From the NCBI GenBank assembly GCA_051654925.1, contig JBOFYZ010000042.1, positions 6,315-70,314 on the forward strand: 64,000 bases of DNA. The letters are read 5' to 3'. Positions 19,207 through 28,156 of the stretch are shown piece after piece; position 1 is the stretch's first letter; each line of letters opens with the position of its first letter. The stretch is from Lachnospiraceae bacterium (lineage in GTDB: Bacteria; Bacillota; Clostridia; Lachnospirales; Lachnospiraceae). Under the pieces are notes generated by a model. It was not told the DNA's origin. It saw nothing but the letters and a program-made list of their open reading frames with translations, and searched no databases. The translations under genes and the position numbers were made by a program.

Positions 19207-19250
19207 AAAATGGCCTTATATCCATCGCACGGTAGATATAAAGCCATTTT
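19207..19250. terminator. 16-bp-stem hairpin flanked by A- and T-runs (bidirectional terminator-like)
   Basis: aaaatggccttatatc (19207-19222) pairs with gatataaagccatttt (19235-19250), with one mismatch. Confidence 0.55.
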
Positions 19251-19258
19251 ATAATCAT

Positions 19259-19360
19259 TTATTTCCCCATCTTCTTTTCTAGCATTGCAATCCCCTGATA
19301 CAAAACCGCCGACACAATACAAAGAATCACAATACTCATCATCACCAGATCCAGCTTAAA
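19259..19360 (-). pseudogene. 33-codon C-terminal fragment of an ABC permease, paralogous copy of 23103-23204
   Basis: 102 bp aligns without gaps to 23103-23204 with 9 mismatches by hand count; the last 47 bp are identical. It translates to FKLDLVMMSIVILCIVSAVLYQGIAMLEKKMGK then a stop. Confidence 0.85.
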
Positions 19361-19395
19361 GAGGTGAGGAGACAAAATGATATGATTGGGTACCC

Positions 19396-19926
19396 TTATG
19401 CATTCCTATCTGCATATTTCGTCAATAACCCTTTTTCCGTACAATAATAACTGATATTTTCATATACATCCAGCGCGCCTGAACTGCAATTCTCCATAAT
19501 CCACACTAATTTTTGCTGGTGAATATCACGGTTGAAATAGTCATGTGTTATTTCATTGCGAATCAACAATTCACGCAGGAATTCTTTCTCCTTTTCTGTT
19601 TGTAAAAATCCGAATGTGTCATAACTTGTGATAGCATATCTCAAAGATGTAGCATTTTTTTGTGTGCCTTCCTCTTTCCGCATAAAAATAATAAAATCTT
19701 TAAACACTTGAGTAAAATCATTTAGTTTCGCTGTCACAATGTCAATACAATCCAACTGTATATCAGCGTCCTTTGTGTCCTGATACAAAATACTCTTTCG
19801 ATCAATTCGATCCGCACATAATTTCAGAAAATGCAGCATGTCCTTTACCTGCATGACATTTACCGGATCTTTACTCTCCGTTGGTTCCAAATCAAATTCC
19901 TTTAGCAGATCTTCACTAAACTTCAT
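19396..19926 (-). CDS. HEPN-domain protein (HepT/DUF86-like putative RNase toxin)
   Basis: RNEITHDY matches the HEPN R-x4-H motif in its RN...H.Y form. 4-nt ATGA overlap with the upstream nucleotidyltransferase gene. Confidence 0.7.
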   Translation of the reverse strand: MKFSEDLLKEFDLEPTESKDPVNVMQVKDMLHFLKLCADRIDRKSILYQDTKDADIQLDCIDIVTAKLNDFTQVFKDFIIFMRKEEGTQKNATSLRYAITSYDTFGFLQTEKEKEFLRELLIRNEITHDYFNRDIHQQKLVWIMENCSSGALDVYENISYYCTEKGLLTKYADRNA

Positions 19927-20336
19927 ACCGCCACCATTTCCTTTAGTTCTTTTAGTTTCTGCTCACATCTTTCCCGAAATTCCACAAGCTGTTCAGGATA
20001 GTAATCTGTAAACTGCACTCTGGACTTCAATGGTGCACAATAAATAGGAGCTTCAACTGTAGAATCAATATAAAAAATATCGCTGGGAATATTCTTCATA
20101 TTAAAATATTCTTCGAGATAGCAAGAAAGACGTTTATATAAGTCAAAATCTTGTGTGTAAACTGCAATATCAATATCGCTCTTTTCTTCATCATATTTGA
20201 TTGTGGGATAGCTGCCGAAGACAAATACATTATAATCTTCTTCGCCAAACTGTCCTGTAATCTCTTTCTGAAGATTCAGCAAATCATGTAGCCGGGCTAT
20301 AGCTTTCTCTTTTGGAGTCTTTTCATTTATGTTCAT
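19923..20336 (-). CDS. Minimal nucleotidyltransferase (MNT/MntA-like antitoxin candidate)
   Basis: VFVFGSYPTIKYDEEKSDIDIAVY matches the GS...DxD pol-beta NTase motif. 137 aa. Confidence 0.8.
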   Translation of the reverse strand: MNINEKTPKEKAIARLHDLLNLQKEITGQFGEEDYNVFVFGSYPTIKYDEEKSDIDIAVYTQDFDLYKRLSCYLEEYFNMKNIPSDIFYIDSTVEAPIYCAPLKSRVQFTDYYPEQLVEFRERCEQKLKELKEMVAV

Positions 20337-20530
20337 ACGATATCCTCCGCTCTGATTTTATTATATCTCTTTGTTGTTACTTCTTCAAGACATTTCGATT
20401 CAACAGACAACTGGTTTTTGTTTTTAAAAAATTATGATATACTTATCATGTTGTATGGTCATGAAATCAGGAAAAATATATTTACTGATATATATAGACC
20501 AAATATTATAAACGTACAAAAGGGGGATAT

Positions 20531-23017
20531 ATGAAAGCAAAAAGAATACGGTTACGAGGAATAATTGTTTTGGTTTTGTCAATATGCTTAAATCAGTTCA
20601 CACCGGCATTGGCATCTATAGAAGAGATATTTATTATTGACGATGATATTACAGAACAGTTGAGTGCATCTTCATCGAATGCTGATACCACACGTAGACG
20701 GAGCAATAATGTATCAATAGAAGTTAATAATGTTGCTGAAGGGGAATTGGAGTCAGCTATAGCAGAAGCATTAGAAGATAATGATATAGAAAGTGAAAAT
20801 ATAACCAGCCTTAAGATATCAGGTGCTTTAGATGAGGATGATTTTAATTACATAAGATACAACTTTTCTAACTTGGTAAAACTTGACCTGGAAGAAATCA
20901 CGAATACTAAAATACCGGATAATGCTTTAAAAAATTCAGATATTAGTGGAAATGTGGAACAAGGAAAATTATTCAATCTCCAGGAAGTAATTTTACCGGA
21001 TAGCATAACCGAAATCGGGGATTTTGCATTTGCCTATTGTCGTTCATTAGGAGAGTTGGATTTATCTAATGTGGAAAAAATTGGAGAAAAATCTTTTAAC
21101 GGTTGCTATAAACTCACAATAAAGAGTGGTATATTGAATTCTAATTTAACTGAAATCCCAGCTTCTGCATTTGAGTTTTGTCGCAGCATTGAAGAGTTAG
21201 ACCTATCTTACGTAAAAATTCTTGGCGCGAATGCTTTTAGCAGTTGCACTAAACTCTCTGTAAAAGATGGAAAACTAAATTCCGACTTAACAGAAATTCC
21301 AACTAATGCTTTTAGCGGCTGCACAAATATTGGTACATTGGATTTGACTTATGTAACAGAGCTTGGCCATCATGCATTCTCAATATCAGGCATAAAAATA
21401 AAAGACGGTATACTAAATCCTGCATTAACCGAAATTCCAACAGGAGCGTTTTCGGTGTGTACCCAATTAGATATCGTAGATTTATCTAATGTGTACGCAG
21501 TATACAATGATGCTTTTAATAGCTGTTCTAATTTGAAAGTAATGATTCTGCCAATTGTGCGACCAACAATTGATGACAGTGCCTTACGTAATGTTCCAGC
21601 ACTAATGCTTTTAGTCGAAAACGGACAGTTCTACAACAATTTTTCTGATTTCCCTATCGGCTCAGGATTACCGTCTATCAATGGTTCTGAAAAATACGAA
21701 GTCGGCAATACAGTTAAATTACAAATCCTGCCGGATGTTGGCAATCTATGTACATATCAATGGTATTATGAAGATGCCCCCCTAGCTGGTGAGGTCAGCA
21801 ATGTATTTACCATGACGAATGTTCAGGAAACTGATGGTGGCACCTATAGTTGTGAACTATCGGTGGCTGGTCATACCTTTAAAACAACTAAGGATATTAC
21901 CGTTTCGCCAATTCCTCAATACACGCTGACAACATCAGCAACCGAGGGCGGACAAGCCAGTTCAGGAGGCATTTACGAAAGAGGCACGTCTTGTACCCTT
22001 ACTGCAACAGCTGATGAAAACTATGAATTTATTTATTGGACAAAAAATGGCTATCCGGTCAGTGAAGATGCAATGTATACGTTTACGTTAACAGAAGATT
22101 GTAATTTGATCGCTAATTTTCAAAAGGAAAGAGTATTATTAAAGTTAATGGCTGGAAATGGCGGTTCGACTTCCTATGGTGGATACTATGACAAAGGAAC
22201 AACTTGTACGGTTGTGGCCTCACCATATTGGACACACAAATTTGTCAACTGGACGATGAATGGTGTTGAAGTCAGTAATGATGCAGAATATACTTTTATC
22301 ATAACTGATAATTGTACTTTGAATGCTAATTTTGAAAACCTGACATCCACTCTAACCGTACTGGCTGAAGGTGCAGGTGCTGTTACTCCAGGAGGTATCT
22401 TTAATAAAGGTACTTATTGTACAGTTCAGGCCACTCCTGACGAAGGCTACAACTTTATCAATTGGACAATGGATGGTATTGAAGTTAGTGATGAACCCAA
22501 ATTCACATTTATGCTGCAAGATGATTGTACTCTAATTGCAAATTTCAAAAAGAAAAACAACAGCAGCTCAGGTGGCAGTGGTTCAGGCGGTGGTGGCTCA
22601 AAAAAACCGACAGCAGCAACTACCACTACCACGGGGGAATGGATTCAAGATAACTACGGTTGGTGGTATCAATATGAAAGTGGCGGCTATCCGAAAGACG
22701 AATGGATAAAGTTAAATAATAACTGGTATTATTTCAATCAACATGGCTATATGATGACTGGCTGGAACTACACAAATGATACGTGGTATTGGCTGGATCA
22801 AGCCACTGGTAAAATGGTCACTGATACTTGGATTACTTATCAGGACGACTTGTACTATATGGGAAATGATGGTTCTATCACTACTGGCTGGTTGAAATAC
22901 AATGACGCCTACTATTTCTTATCTCAAAATAAAGGTGAAGATTACGGTCGCATGCTGCGCAATCAACAAACCCCAGATGGTTACTACGTAAATCAAGATG
23001 GTATCTGGGTTCCGTAA
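20531..23017 (+). CDS. Modular surface adhesin: signal peptide, BspA-type leucine-rich repeats, Ig-like domain, three B-repeats, Gly/Ser/Thr linker, C-terminal cell-wall (choline)-binding repeats
   Basis: LRR units such as ITEIGDFAFAYCRSLGELDLSNVEKIGEKSFNGC. Ig-like DGGTYSCELSV. Linker SSSGGSGSGGGGSKKPTAATTTTT. GW/YY-rich repeats such as GWWYQYESGGYPKDEWIKLNNNWYYFNQHGYMMTGW. Confidence 0.8.
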   Translation: MKAKRIRLRGIIVLVLSICLNQFTPALASIEEIFIIDDDITEQLSASSSNADTTRRRSNNVSIEVNNVAEGELESAIAEALEDNDIESENITSLKISGALDEDDFNYIRYNFSNLVKLDLEEITNTKIPDNALKNSDISGNVEQGKLFNLQEVILPDSITEIGDFAFAYCRSLGELDLSNVEKIGEKSFNGCYKLTIKSGILNSNLTEIPASAFEFCRSIEELDLSYVKILGANAFSSCTKLSVKDGKLNSDLTEIPTNAFSGCTNIGTLDLTYVTELGHHAFSISGIKIKDGILNPALTEIPTGAFSVCTQLDIVDLSNVYAVYNDAFNSCSNLKVMILPIVRPTIDDSALRNVPALMLLVENGQFYNNFSDFPIGSGLPSINGSEKYEVGNTVKLQILPDVGNLCTYQWYYEDAPLAGEVSNVFTMTNVQETDGGTYSCELSVAGHTFKTTKDITVSPIPQYTLTTSATEGGQASSGGIYERGTSCTLTATADENYEFIYWTKNGYPVSEDAMYTFTLTEDCNLIANFQKERVLLKLMAGNGGSTSYGGYYDKGTTCTVVASPYWTHKFVNWTMNGVEVSNDAEYTFIITDNCTLNANFENLTSTLTVLAEGAGAVTPGGIFNKGTYCTVQATPDEGYNFINWTMDGIEVSDEPKFTFMLQDDCTLIANFKKKNNSSSGGSGSGGGGSKKPTAATTTTTGEWIQDNYGWWYQYESGGYPKDEWIKLNNNWYYFNQHGYMMTGWNYTNDTWYWLDQATGKMVTDTWITYQDDLYYMGNDGSITTGWLKYNDAYYFLSQNKGEDYGRMLRNQQTPDGYYVNQDGIWVP
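21913..22556 (+). repeat. Three tandem ~71-aa coding repeats (Listeria-Bacteroides / InlB B-repeat type) inside the adhesin gene
   Basis: Each unit carries GG.....G.Y..GT.CT..A.......F..WT..G..VS......F....DC.L.ANF. Boundaries are approximate. Confidence 0.6.
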
Positions 23018-23051
23018 ATCAGCCTGTTCTTTCTTAGGCAAACACAAACAA

Positions 23052-23085
23052 AGAGCCGATACAGTGCCTCACTGCTATCGGCTCT
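23052..23085 (+). terminator. Stem-loop after the adhesin gene
   Basis: agagccgata pairs perfectly with tatcggctct across a 14-nt loop, followed by a T-rich tail. Confidence 0.55.
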
Positions 23086-23102
23086 TCTATTACCTACTAA
23101 GT

Positions 23103-23906
23103 TTATTTACCAATCCTCTTCTCCAACATCGCAATCCCCTGATACAACACCGCCGATACAATACAAAGAATCACAATACTCATCATCACCAGATCCAGCT
23201 TAAACACCTGGCTTCCATAAATAATCAGATACCCCAGCCCCTTCTGTGCTGCCAGAAACTCCCCAATAATCACCCCAACCAGGCAAAGCCCGATATTCAC
23301 CTTCATATTGCTGACAATGAGCGGCACCGATCCCGGCAGCAGCACCTTGGTCAGGACATCCTTGCGGTTTCCTCCCAGGGAATAGATCAGCTTGATCTTA
23401 TCCGGATCCATATTGCTAAAACCGTTATGCAGAGTAAGAATCGATCCGAACACAGCTACCGATACGGCAGCCACAATTATCGTCTTGACATTGTTGCCCA
23501 TCCAGACAATCAGAATCGGTGCCAGCGCCGATTTGGGGAGGCTGTTCAGCATGACCAGATACGGTTCCAGAATCTCTGAGACACTGCGGCTGGCCCACAA
23601 CAGCATTGCCATCAGTATGCCCAGAATCACGACCAGGGCAAAGCTGACCAGAGTCTCTAGCAGCGTAATGCCAATATGAGCAAAGATACTGCCGTCCATC
23701 ACCATATCCCGGAAACAGAAGAAAACTCTGGACGGTGAACTGAAGATAAAATCATTGATTATCCTCAGTTTCGCACAGAGTTCCCAAACGGCAAGCAACA
23801 GTACCAGCATCATTACCCGGCAGATTGCCACCTTTCTCTTATGAAAAATTTCCTGTTCAATATATTCCTGCTGCGCCTGCGTAGGTTCACGGTTATAAGA
23901 ATCCAT
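23103..23906 (-). CDS. ABC transporter permease (NitT/TauT-like BPD_transp_1 type), no cognate ATPase or binding protein nearby
   Basis: Six hydrophobic segments with an EAA-like loop region (LIYSLGGNRKDVLTKVLLPGSVP). Confidence 0.8.
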   Translation of the reverse strand: MDSYNREPTQAQQEYIEQEIFHKRKVAICRVMMLVLLLAVWELCAKLRIINDFIFSSPSRVFFCFRDMVMDGSIFAHIGITLLETLVSFALVVILGILMAMLLWASRSVSEILEPYLVMLNSLPKSALAPILIVWMGNNVKTIIVAAVSVAVFGSILTLHNGFSNMDPDKIKLIYSLGGNRKDVLTKVLLPGSVPLIVSNMKVNIGLCLVGVIIGEFLAAQKGLGYLIIYGSQVFKLDLVMMSIVILCIVSAVLYQGIAMLEKRIGK

Positions 23907-23995
23907 CGCACTCCTCCAGATATTGTAAACTATTTTATAGTCTTACTATATGCAGAAATGCAAATGCGTGTAACCAGTGTACACATCACACCCGA

Positions 23996-24859
23996 TCAGC
24001 AGGTCATAAAACCTTTGCCGATAATCTCGCTGGAATTAGATATCAGGATAAATGCCGTCGGCTCCGCTTCCCTGATATAATTGCGCAGCTTGATCGCCTG
24101 GCTGCGTTTCATGGTGGTCATAATAACGGTCTTATTGTGATGGCTGAAAGCGCCGTGCGCTTCATACACTGTAGCTCCCCGGTGCAGATGATTGATGATA
24201 TAATCGCAGATCGGATCTGGGTCATCACATACAATATTGAAACATTTACATAAATTGAAGCTTTCAATCACTTCATCAATGACCAGCGATTTCGCCAGCA
24301 ATCCCAGACTGGAGAACAGCCCGGTCGCCGGACCAAATACCACGAATGCCATCAGTACCGAGGCAATGTCCACGACCAGCAAGGCCGTACCAATATTCCA
24401 GCTGGTGTACTTGCGCAGAATCATGGCAATAATATCAGTTCCACCGCTTGATGCTCCGATATGAAACAACACCGCTGAACCAAAAGCCGGGAGGGCTATG
24501 GCAAAAAACAACTCCAGCAGCGGTTCATTCGTCAACGGACGCTGCAGCGGATACAGCCATTCAAGAATAGCCAGACTGACTGACATCCAGACACTGGCGT
24601 AAACGGTCTTAACCCCCACACTCTTGCCCAGGAACAAAAAACCAAAGATCAGCAGCAGCATATTTACGATACTCGTAAATGAACTGGCGGACATCCCGGT
24701 GATCTGGCTGATGACCGCAGCAAATCCGGTAACACCGCCAAATGCAAAGTGATTGGGGAATTTAAAAAAGTAAACTCCGATTACCAGGATCCATATACTT
24801 AATGTGATCAATCCATACTCTGCCATAATTCTGGCGGTGGGATTCTTAATCTCTTTCAT
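23996..24859 (-). CDS. YitT-family membrane protein (with DUF2179-type C-terminal domain)
   Basis: FKFPNHFAFGGVTG and GGTDIIA motifs plus a soluble C-terminal domain. Start placed at MKEIKNP behind a GAGGAG RBS; the longer ORF start is unlikely. Confidence 0.75.
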   Translation of the reverse strand: MKEIKNPTARIMAEYGLITLSIWILVIGVYFFKFPNHFAFGGVTGFAAVISQITGMSASSFTSIVNMLLLIFGFLFLGKSVGVKTVYASVWMSVSLAILEWLYPLQRPLTNEPLLELFFAIALPAFGSAVLFHIGASSGGTDIIAMILRKYTSWNIGTALLVVDIASVLMAFVVFGPATGLFSSLGLLAKSLVIDEVIESFNLCKCFNIVCDDPDPICDYIINHLHRGATVYEAHGAFSHHNKTVIMTTMKRSQAIKLRNYIREAEPTAFILISNSSEIIGKGFMTC

Positions 24860-24973
24860 CGCGCTCGTGCTCTCCTCAAAAAAGAAATACCTTTTTATGC
24901 CTAAAATATACCCCTTTTCTACCGAAAGCACAAACACGAATATCATTGGATGTACTACAATCAAACTATTGTG

Positions 24974-26587
24974 TTAATCATACTGACGATAAGCCTGCTT
25001 TACCAGCTCGATAAATTCTTTTCGATATGCATCAGAATCCTCGTTTACAACAGATTCAGCCAGTTCAATAACGCCTTTATATGTGGCTGTTCCCTTATTC
25101 TCACTGTCCCGCAGCAGCATCCCAAACTCTGCTACCGCACTGGCAAAAGTCAAATCGGGAGAAAGGGACTTTGTAAAGGTATCCGCTTCTACCGGACAGG
25201 TCAACAGCTTGCTGGTATTGCCGTTCGGGGCTTTATAACGGAGCGATACAGTCAGCAGTTCACTGCTGCCTACGGGTTCCCCGCTGGTCTGATATTTTAG
25301 CTCCGTCTCCGGCAACTCTGCGGTCCCTGCCGGAATGATTTCATATAATGCCGTTACGGTATGACCGGCACCGATTTCTCCGGCATCAACGGTGTCATCA
25401 TTAAAATCTTCTTTATTGAGCATACGGTTCTCATAGCCTACCAGGCGATATCCGGCAACCTGCCGGGGATTAAATTCCACCTGGATCTTGACATCTTTGG
25501 CAACCGTAATCAGAGTTCCGCCCATTTCATCTACCAGCACCTTCTTGGCTTCGAAAATACTGTCAATATAATTGTAGTTGCCGTCACCATGGTCTGCCAG
25601 TGCTTCCATCTTATTATCCTTGATATTACTAGTTCCCACACCAAGTACGGATAAATGGACACCACTCTGCTTCTCTTTTTCAATGAGGCGCACCAATTCT
25701 CCTTCACTGCTGATTCCAACATTCAGATCACCGTCTGTGGCGAGGATTACCCGGTTATTGCCGCCTTTGATATAGTGACGCCGGGCCAGTTCATATGCTT
25801 TCTTAATTCCTGCTGCACCGGCTGTCGAACCACCGGCCTCCAGCCCATCCAGCGCATCCACAATAACTGAGGTGTGATTGCCCTGCTCGCCATCCAGTAC
25901 TACGGACTCATATCCGGCATATGTTACAATTGATACCTGGTCATTTTCTGTCAGGTTTTCTGCCAGCATGGCAAAGGATTTCTGAACCAGCGGCAATTTA
26001 TTGGAATCATACATGGAACCCGACACATCCAGTAAGAATACGAAGTTGGAGGCCGGTCTGTCATGAAAATCAATCGACTCTGCCTTTAAACCGATCATCA
26101 GAAGTTTTGCCTCCTCATTCCACGGACAGGCGCCGTATTCTGTTGTTACTGAGAACGGAGCATCGCCGTTGGGTTCCGGATAATCATATGAAAAATAATT
26201 AATCATCTCTTCAATTCTGACTGCATCTGCCACAACCCCAGTACCGGCCTGGATCATCCTGCGTACATTGCTGTATGCCGCAGTATCTACATCAATGGAA
26301 AACGTCGATAATGGTTCATCCGCCACACTTTTATAGCCATTTTCCTGGATGTAATTATATTCTTCTGTATTATGACCGCTCTGGTCATAGAGAGCCTGAT
26401 ACTGGTATGACAGGTCACTTGCTGCTTCGGATTCCATTATGTCTTCCATAGCTGCTGCTGTTGCTGCCAGCTCCGGGCTTTGGGTAGATAATTCATACGT
26501 TGTACTCCCGCCGCAGCCTCCCAGTGCCAGAACCGTTGCTAATATACAAATGCCGCCAAACTTCCAATCGTTCATTTTTCTCATCAT
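24974..26587 (-). CDS. vWA-domain lipoprotein (YfbK-like)
   Basis: Lipobox LALGGCGG, N-terminal PLSTFSIDVDTAAYSNVRR motif, MIDAS DVSGSM. Confidence 0.8.
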   Translation of the reverse strand: MMRKMNDWKFGGICILATVLALGGCGGSTTYELSTQSPELAATAAAMEDIMESEAASDLSYQYQALYDQSGHNTEEYNYIQENGYKSVADEPLSTFSIDVDTAAYSNVRRMIQAGTGVVADAVRIEEMINYFSYDYPEPNGDAPFSVTTEYGACPWNEEAKLLMIGLKAESIDFHDRPASNFVFLLDVSGSMYDSNKLPLVQKSFAMLAENLTENDQVSIVTYAGYESVVLDGEQGNHTSVIVDALDGLEAGGSTAGAAGIKKAYELARRHYIKGGNNRVILATDGDLNVGISSEGELVRLIEKEKQSGVHLSVLGVGTSNIKDNKMEALADHGDGNYNYIDSIFEAKKVLVDEMGGTLITVAKDVKIQVEFNPRQVAGYRLVGYENRMLNKEDFNDDTVDAGEIGAGHTVTALYEIIPAGTAELPETELKYQTSGEPVGSSELLTVSLRYKAPNGNTSKLLTCPVEADTFTKSLSPDLTFASAVAEFGMLLRDSENKGTATYKGVIELAESVVNEDSDAYRKEFIELVKQAYRQYD

Positions 26588-26609
26588 TTACTTCCTCCCT
26601 TGAACGTTA

Positions 26610-27542
26610 TTAATCTACTAACGAAATCAGGTCGGAAAGAAAGGTCTCATCTTCTCTTACCAGCATCCGGTCATAATAAAAGTCATTCGCTCCTTCTTTT
26701 TCTCCCTTTGTCACGAACGTCTGCTGGTTAATCAGGCTGGTATACCCGGAATGAAATACATATTTCCGGTCATCAATCATCTGGATCTGCGGTGCAAATG
26801 GATAGATCAGCTCCCAGCCGTCTGCGGATTCCTTCAGCGGCAGCAGATATGTGTTCCCCTGCTTCATCTGATACAGCAGATAAGCTTCATCTGCATCTGC
26901 CTGAACAATCGGACTGCTTACCGTAATTGGCTCCTTATCAGACACATATCCGGAAGCATAGTGAATCTCTCCAATCGTCACTTCATACACGACATGGTCT
27001 GCATTCCCGGACTCATGATATCCAAATGCCACGGAGTCCACAACAACGGAACACAGCAAGTCTGTTTCCTGCAGTACTGCCTCTGAAAAATAGCTGGCAT
27101 CCGCCGCCACCGTCCGGGCATCCTCCGGGATATGCAGCGCATTAACAGTCATAACCGCAGATGCTTCTGCTTCCACAGTATCAGCCTCGTCTGCTGTATC
27201 TGCCGCTTCCGCCATCACCGGTGCCTCCGCCGCCACCTCATAATCCGCTGAACCAGCACCGGCCGATTCCGCCATCACGTTATCCGTCCTTACAGGCTCA
27301 GGTGCAATACTTTCCGCCTGTCTTGACAGCATTATGACTGTAACCAGAACAGCAAAGGAAGCTGCTGCTGTGGCAAACACATAAACCGGGGAGCGCCTGA
27401 AAGGTGCCGGTTTCTTTTCCTGTTCCGGTATACTTCTGTCGGGATTGCTGTCCAGTCCAGCTTCAATTCGATTCCAAAGATCCGGCACATTCTGGTTTTG
27501 CATTGATTTATATTCCTGTTCAAACCGTTTGTTATCGATCAT
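26610..27542 (-). CDS. Putative single-pass anti-sigma factor
   Basis: Overlaps the sigma gene by 11 nt. Short cytoplasmic N-terminus, one TM helix (VYVFATAAASFAVLVTVIML), an Ala/Glu/Asp-rich linker and an extracytoplasmic domain. No recognisable catalytic motif. Confidence 0.5.
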   Translation of the reverse strand: MIDNKRFEQEYKSMQNQNVPDLWNRIEAGLDSNPDRSIPEQEKKPAPFRRSPVYVFATAAASFAVLVTVIMLSRQAESIAPEPVRTDNVMAESAGAGSADYEVAAEAPVMAEAADTADEADTVEAEASAVMTVNALHIPEDARTVAADASYFSEAVLQETDLLCSVVVDSVAFGYHESGNADHVVYEVTIGEIHYASGYVSDKEPITVSSPIVQADADEAYLLYQMKQGNTYLLPLKESADGWELIYPFAPQIQMIDDRKYVFHSGYTSLINQQTFVTKGEKEGANDFYYDRMLVREDETFLSDLISLVD

Positions 27543-28062
27543 AGCCGCACCTCTTCAACTTTCTGATTGCCGTCTGGTACCTCCAGGCTGCTGTTCCCGC
27601 CGGTATCCCCATGATTGCCGCAATCTCACGGAAGGTCAGTTCTCCCATGATTTTAAGATGAACTACCTGTCTTTCCTCCTCTTTCAATGTATTCATTGCT
27701 TGTTCAAGACTGAGTTTCTGACAGAGCTGTTCCTCATATGACTCCTGTCCGGGCTGCACCATCTCCGGCAATTCATCCACCAGATATTCCTTCTTGTGCT
27801 TTCGCAGAAAATCGATTGACATATTATGAGCGATGGTGATCATCCATGCCCGATGCCCTTGTCCCGGACGATACCTTTGTGCCTGCTTCCACAAACGGAT
27901 GAAAAATTCTGAAGTCACATCTTCTGCATCTTCTTTATTATGCAGAATACCAACAACGACAGAATAGATCAGGGGATTATAATCTTCATAGATTCTGCGC
28001 AGCCCCTCTTTTTCGTTTCTGCAGATCAAGCCAATCTGTTCTTCAAACATTTGGTCATTCAT
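27532..28062 (-). CDS. ECF-type sigma-70 family RNA polymerase sigma factor
   Basis: Region 2 (DAEDVTSEFFIRLW, HRAWMITIAHN) and region 4 HTH (LTFREIAAIMGIPAGTAAWRYQTAIRKL). Confidence 0.85.
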   Translation of the reverse strand: MNDQMFEEQIGLICRNEKEGLRRIYEDYNPLIYSVVVGILHNKEDAEDVTSEFFIRLWKQAQRYRPGQGHRAWMITIAHNMSIDFLRKHKKEYLVDELPEMVQPGQESYEEQLCQKLSLEQAMNTLKEEERQVVHLKIMGELTFREIAAIMGIPAGTAAWRYQTAIRKLKRCGYDR

Positions 28063-28156
28063 ATGTGAGTGCTCTGTCCTCTCTGTTTTCCAGCCTTGTA
28101 CTTACTATACGGTTCAAGACATGGATTTTTATGGAAAAGAAAAATTATTTTTATTT

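Noticed and set aside
22998-23579. 193-aa plus-strand ORF overlapping the end of the adhesin gene and the ABC permease
   Set aside because: It is antisense to the permease gene, has a His/Gln/Asn-rich nonsense-like sequence, and crosses a terminator hairpin.
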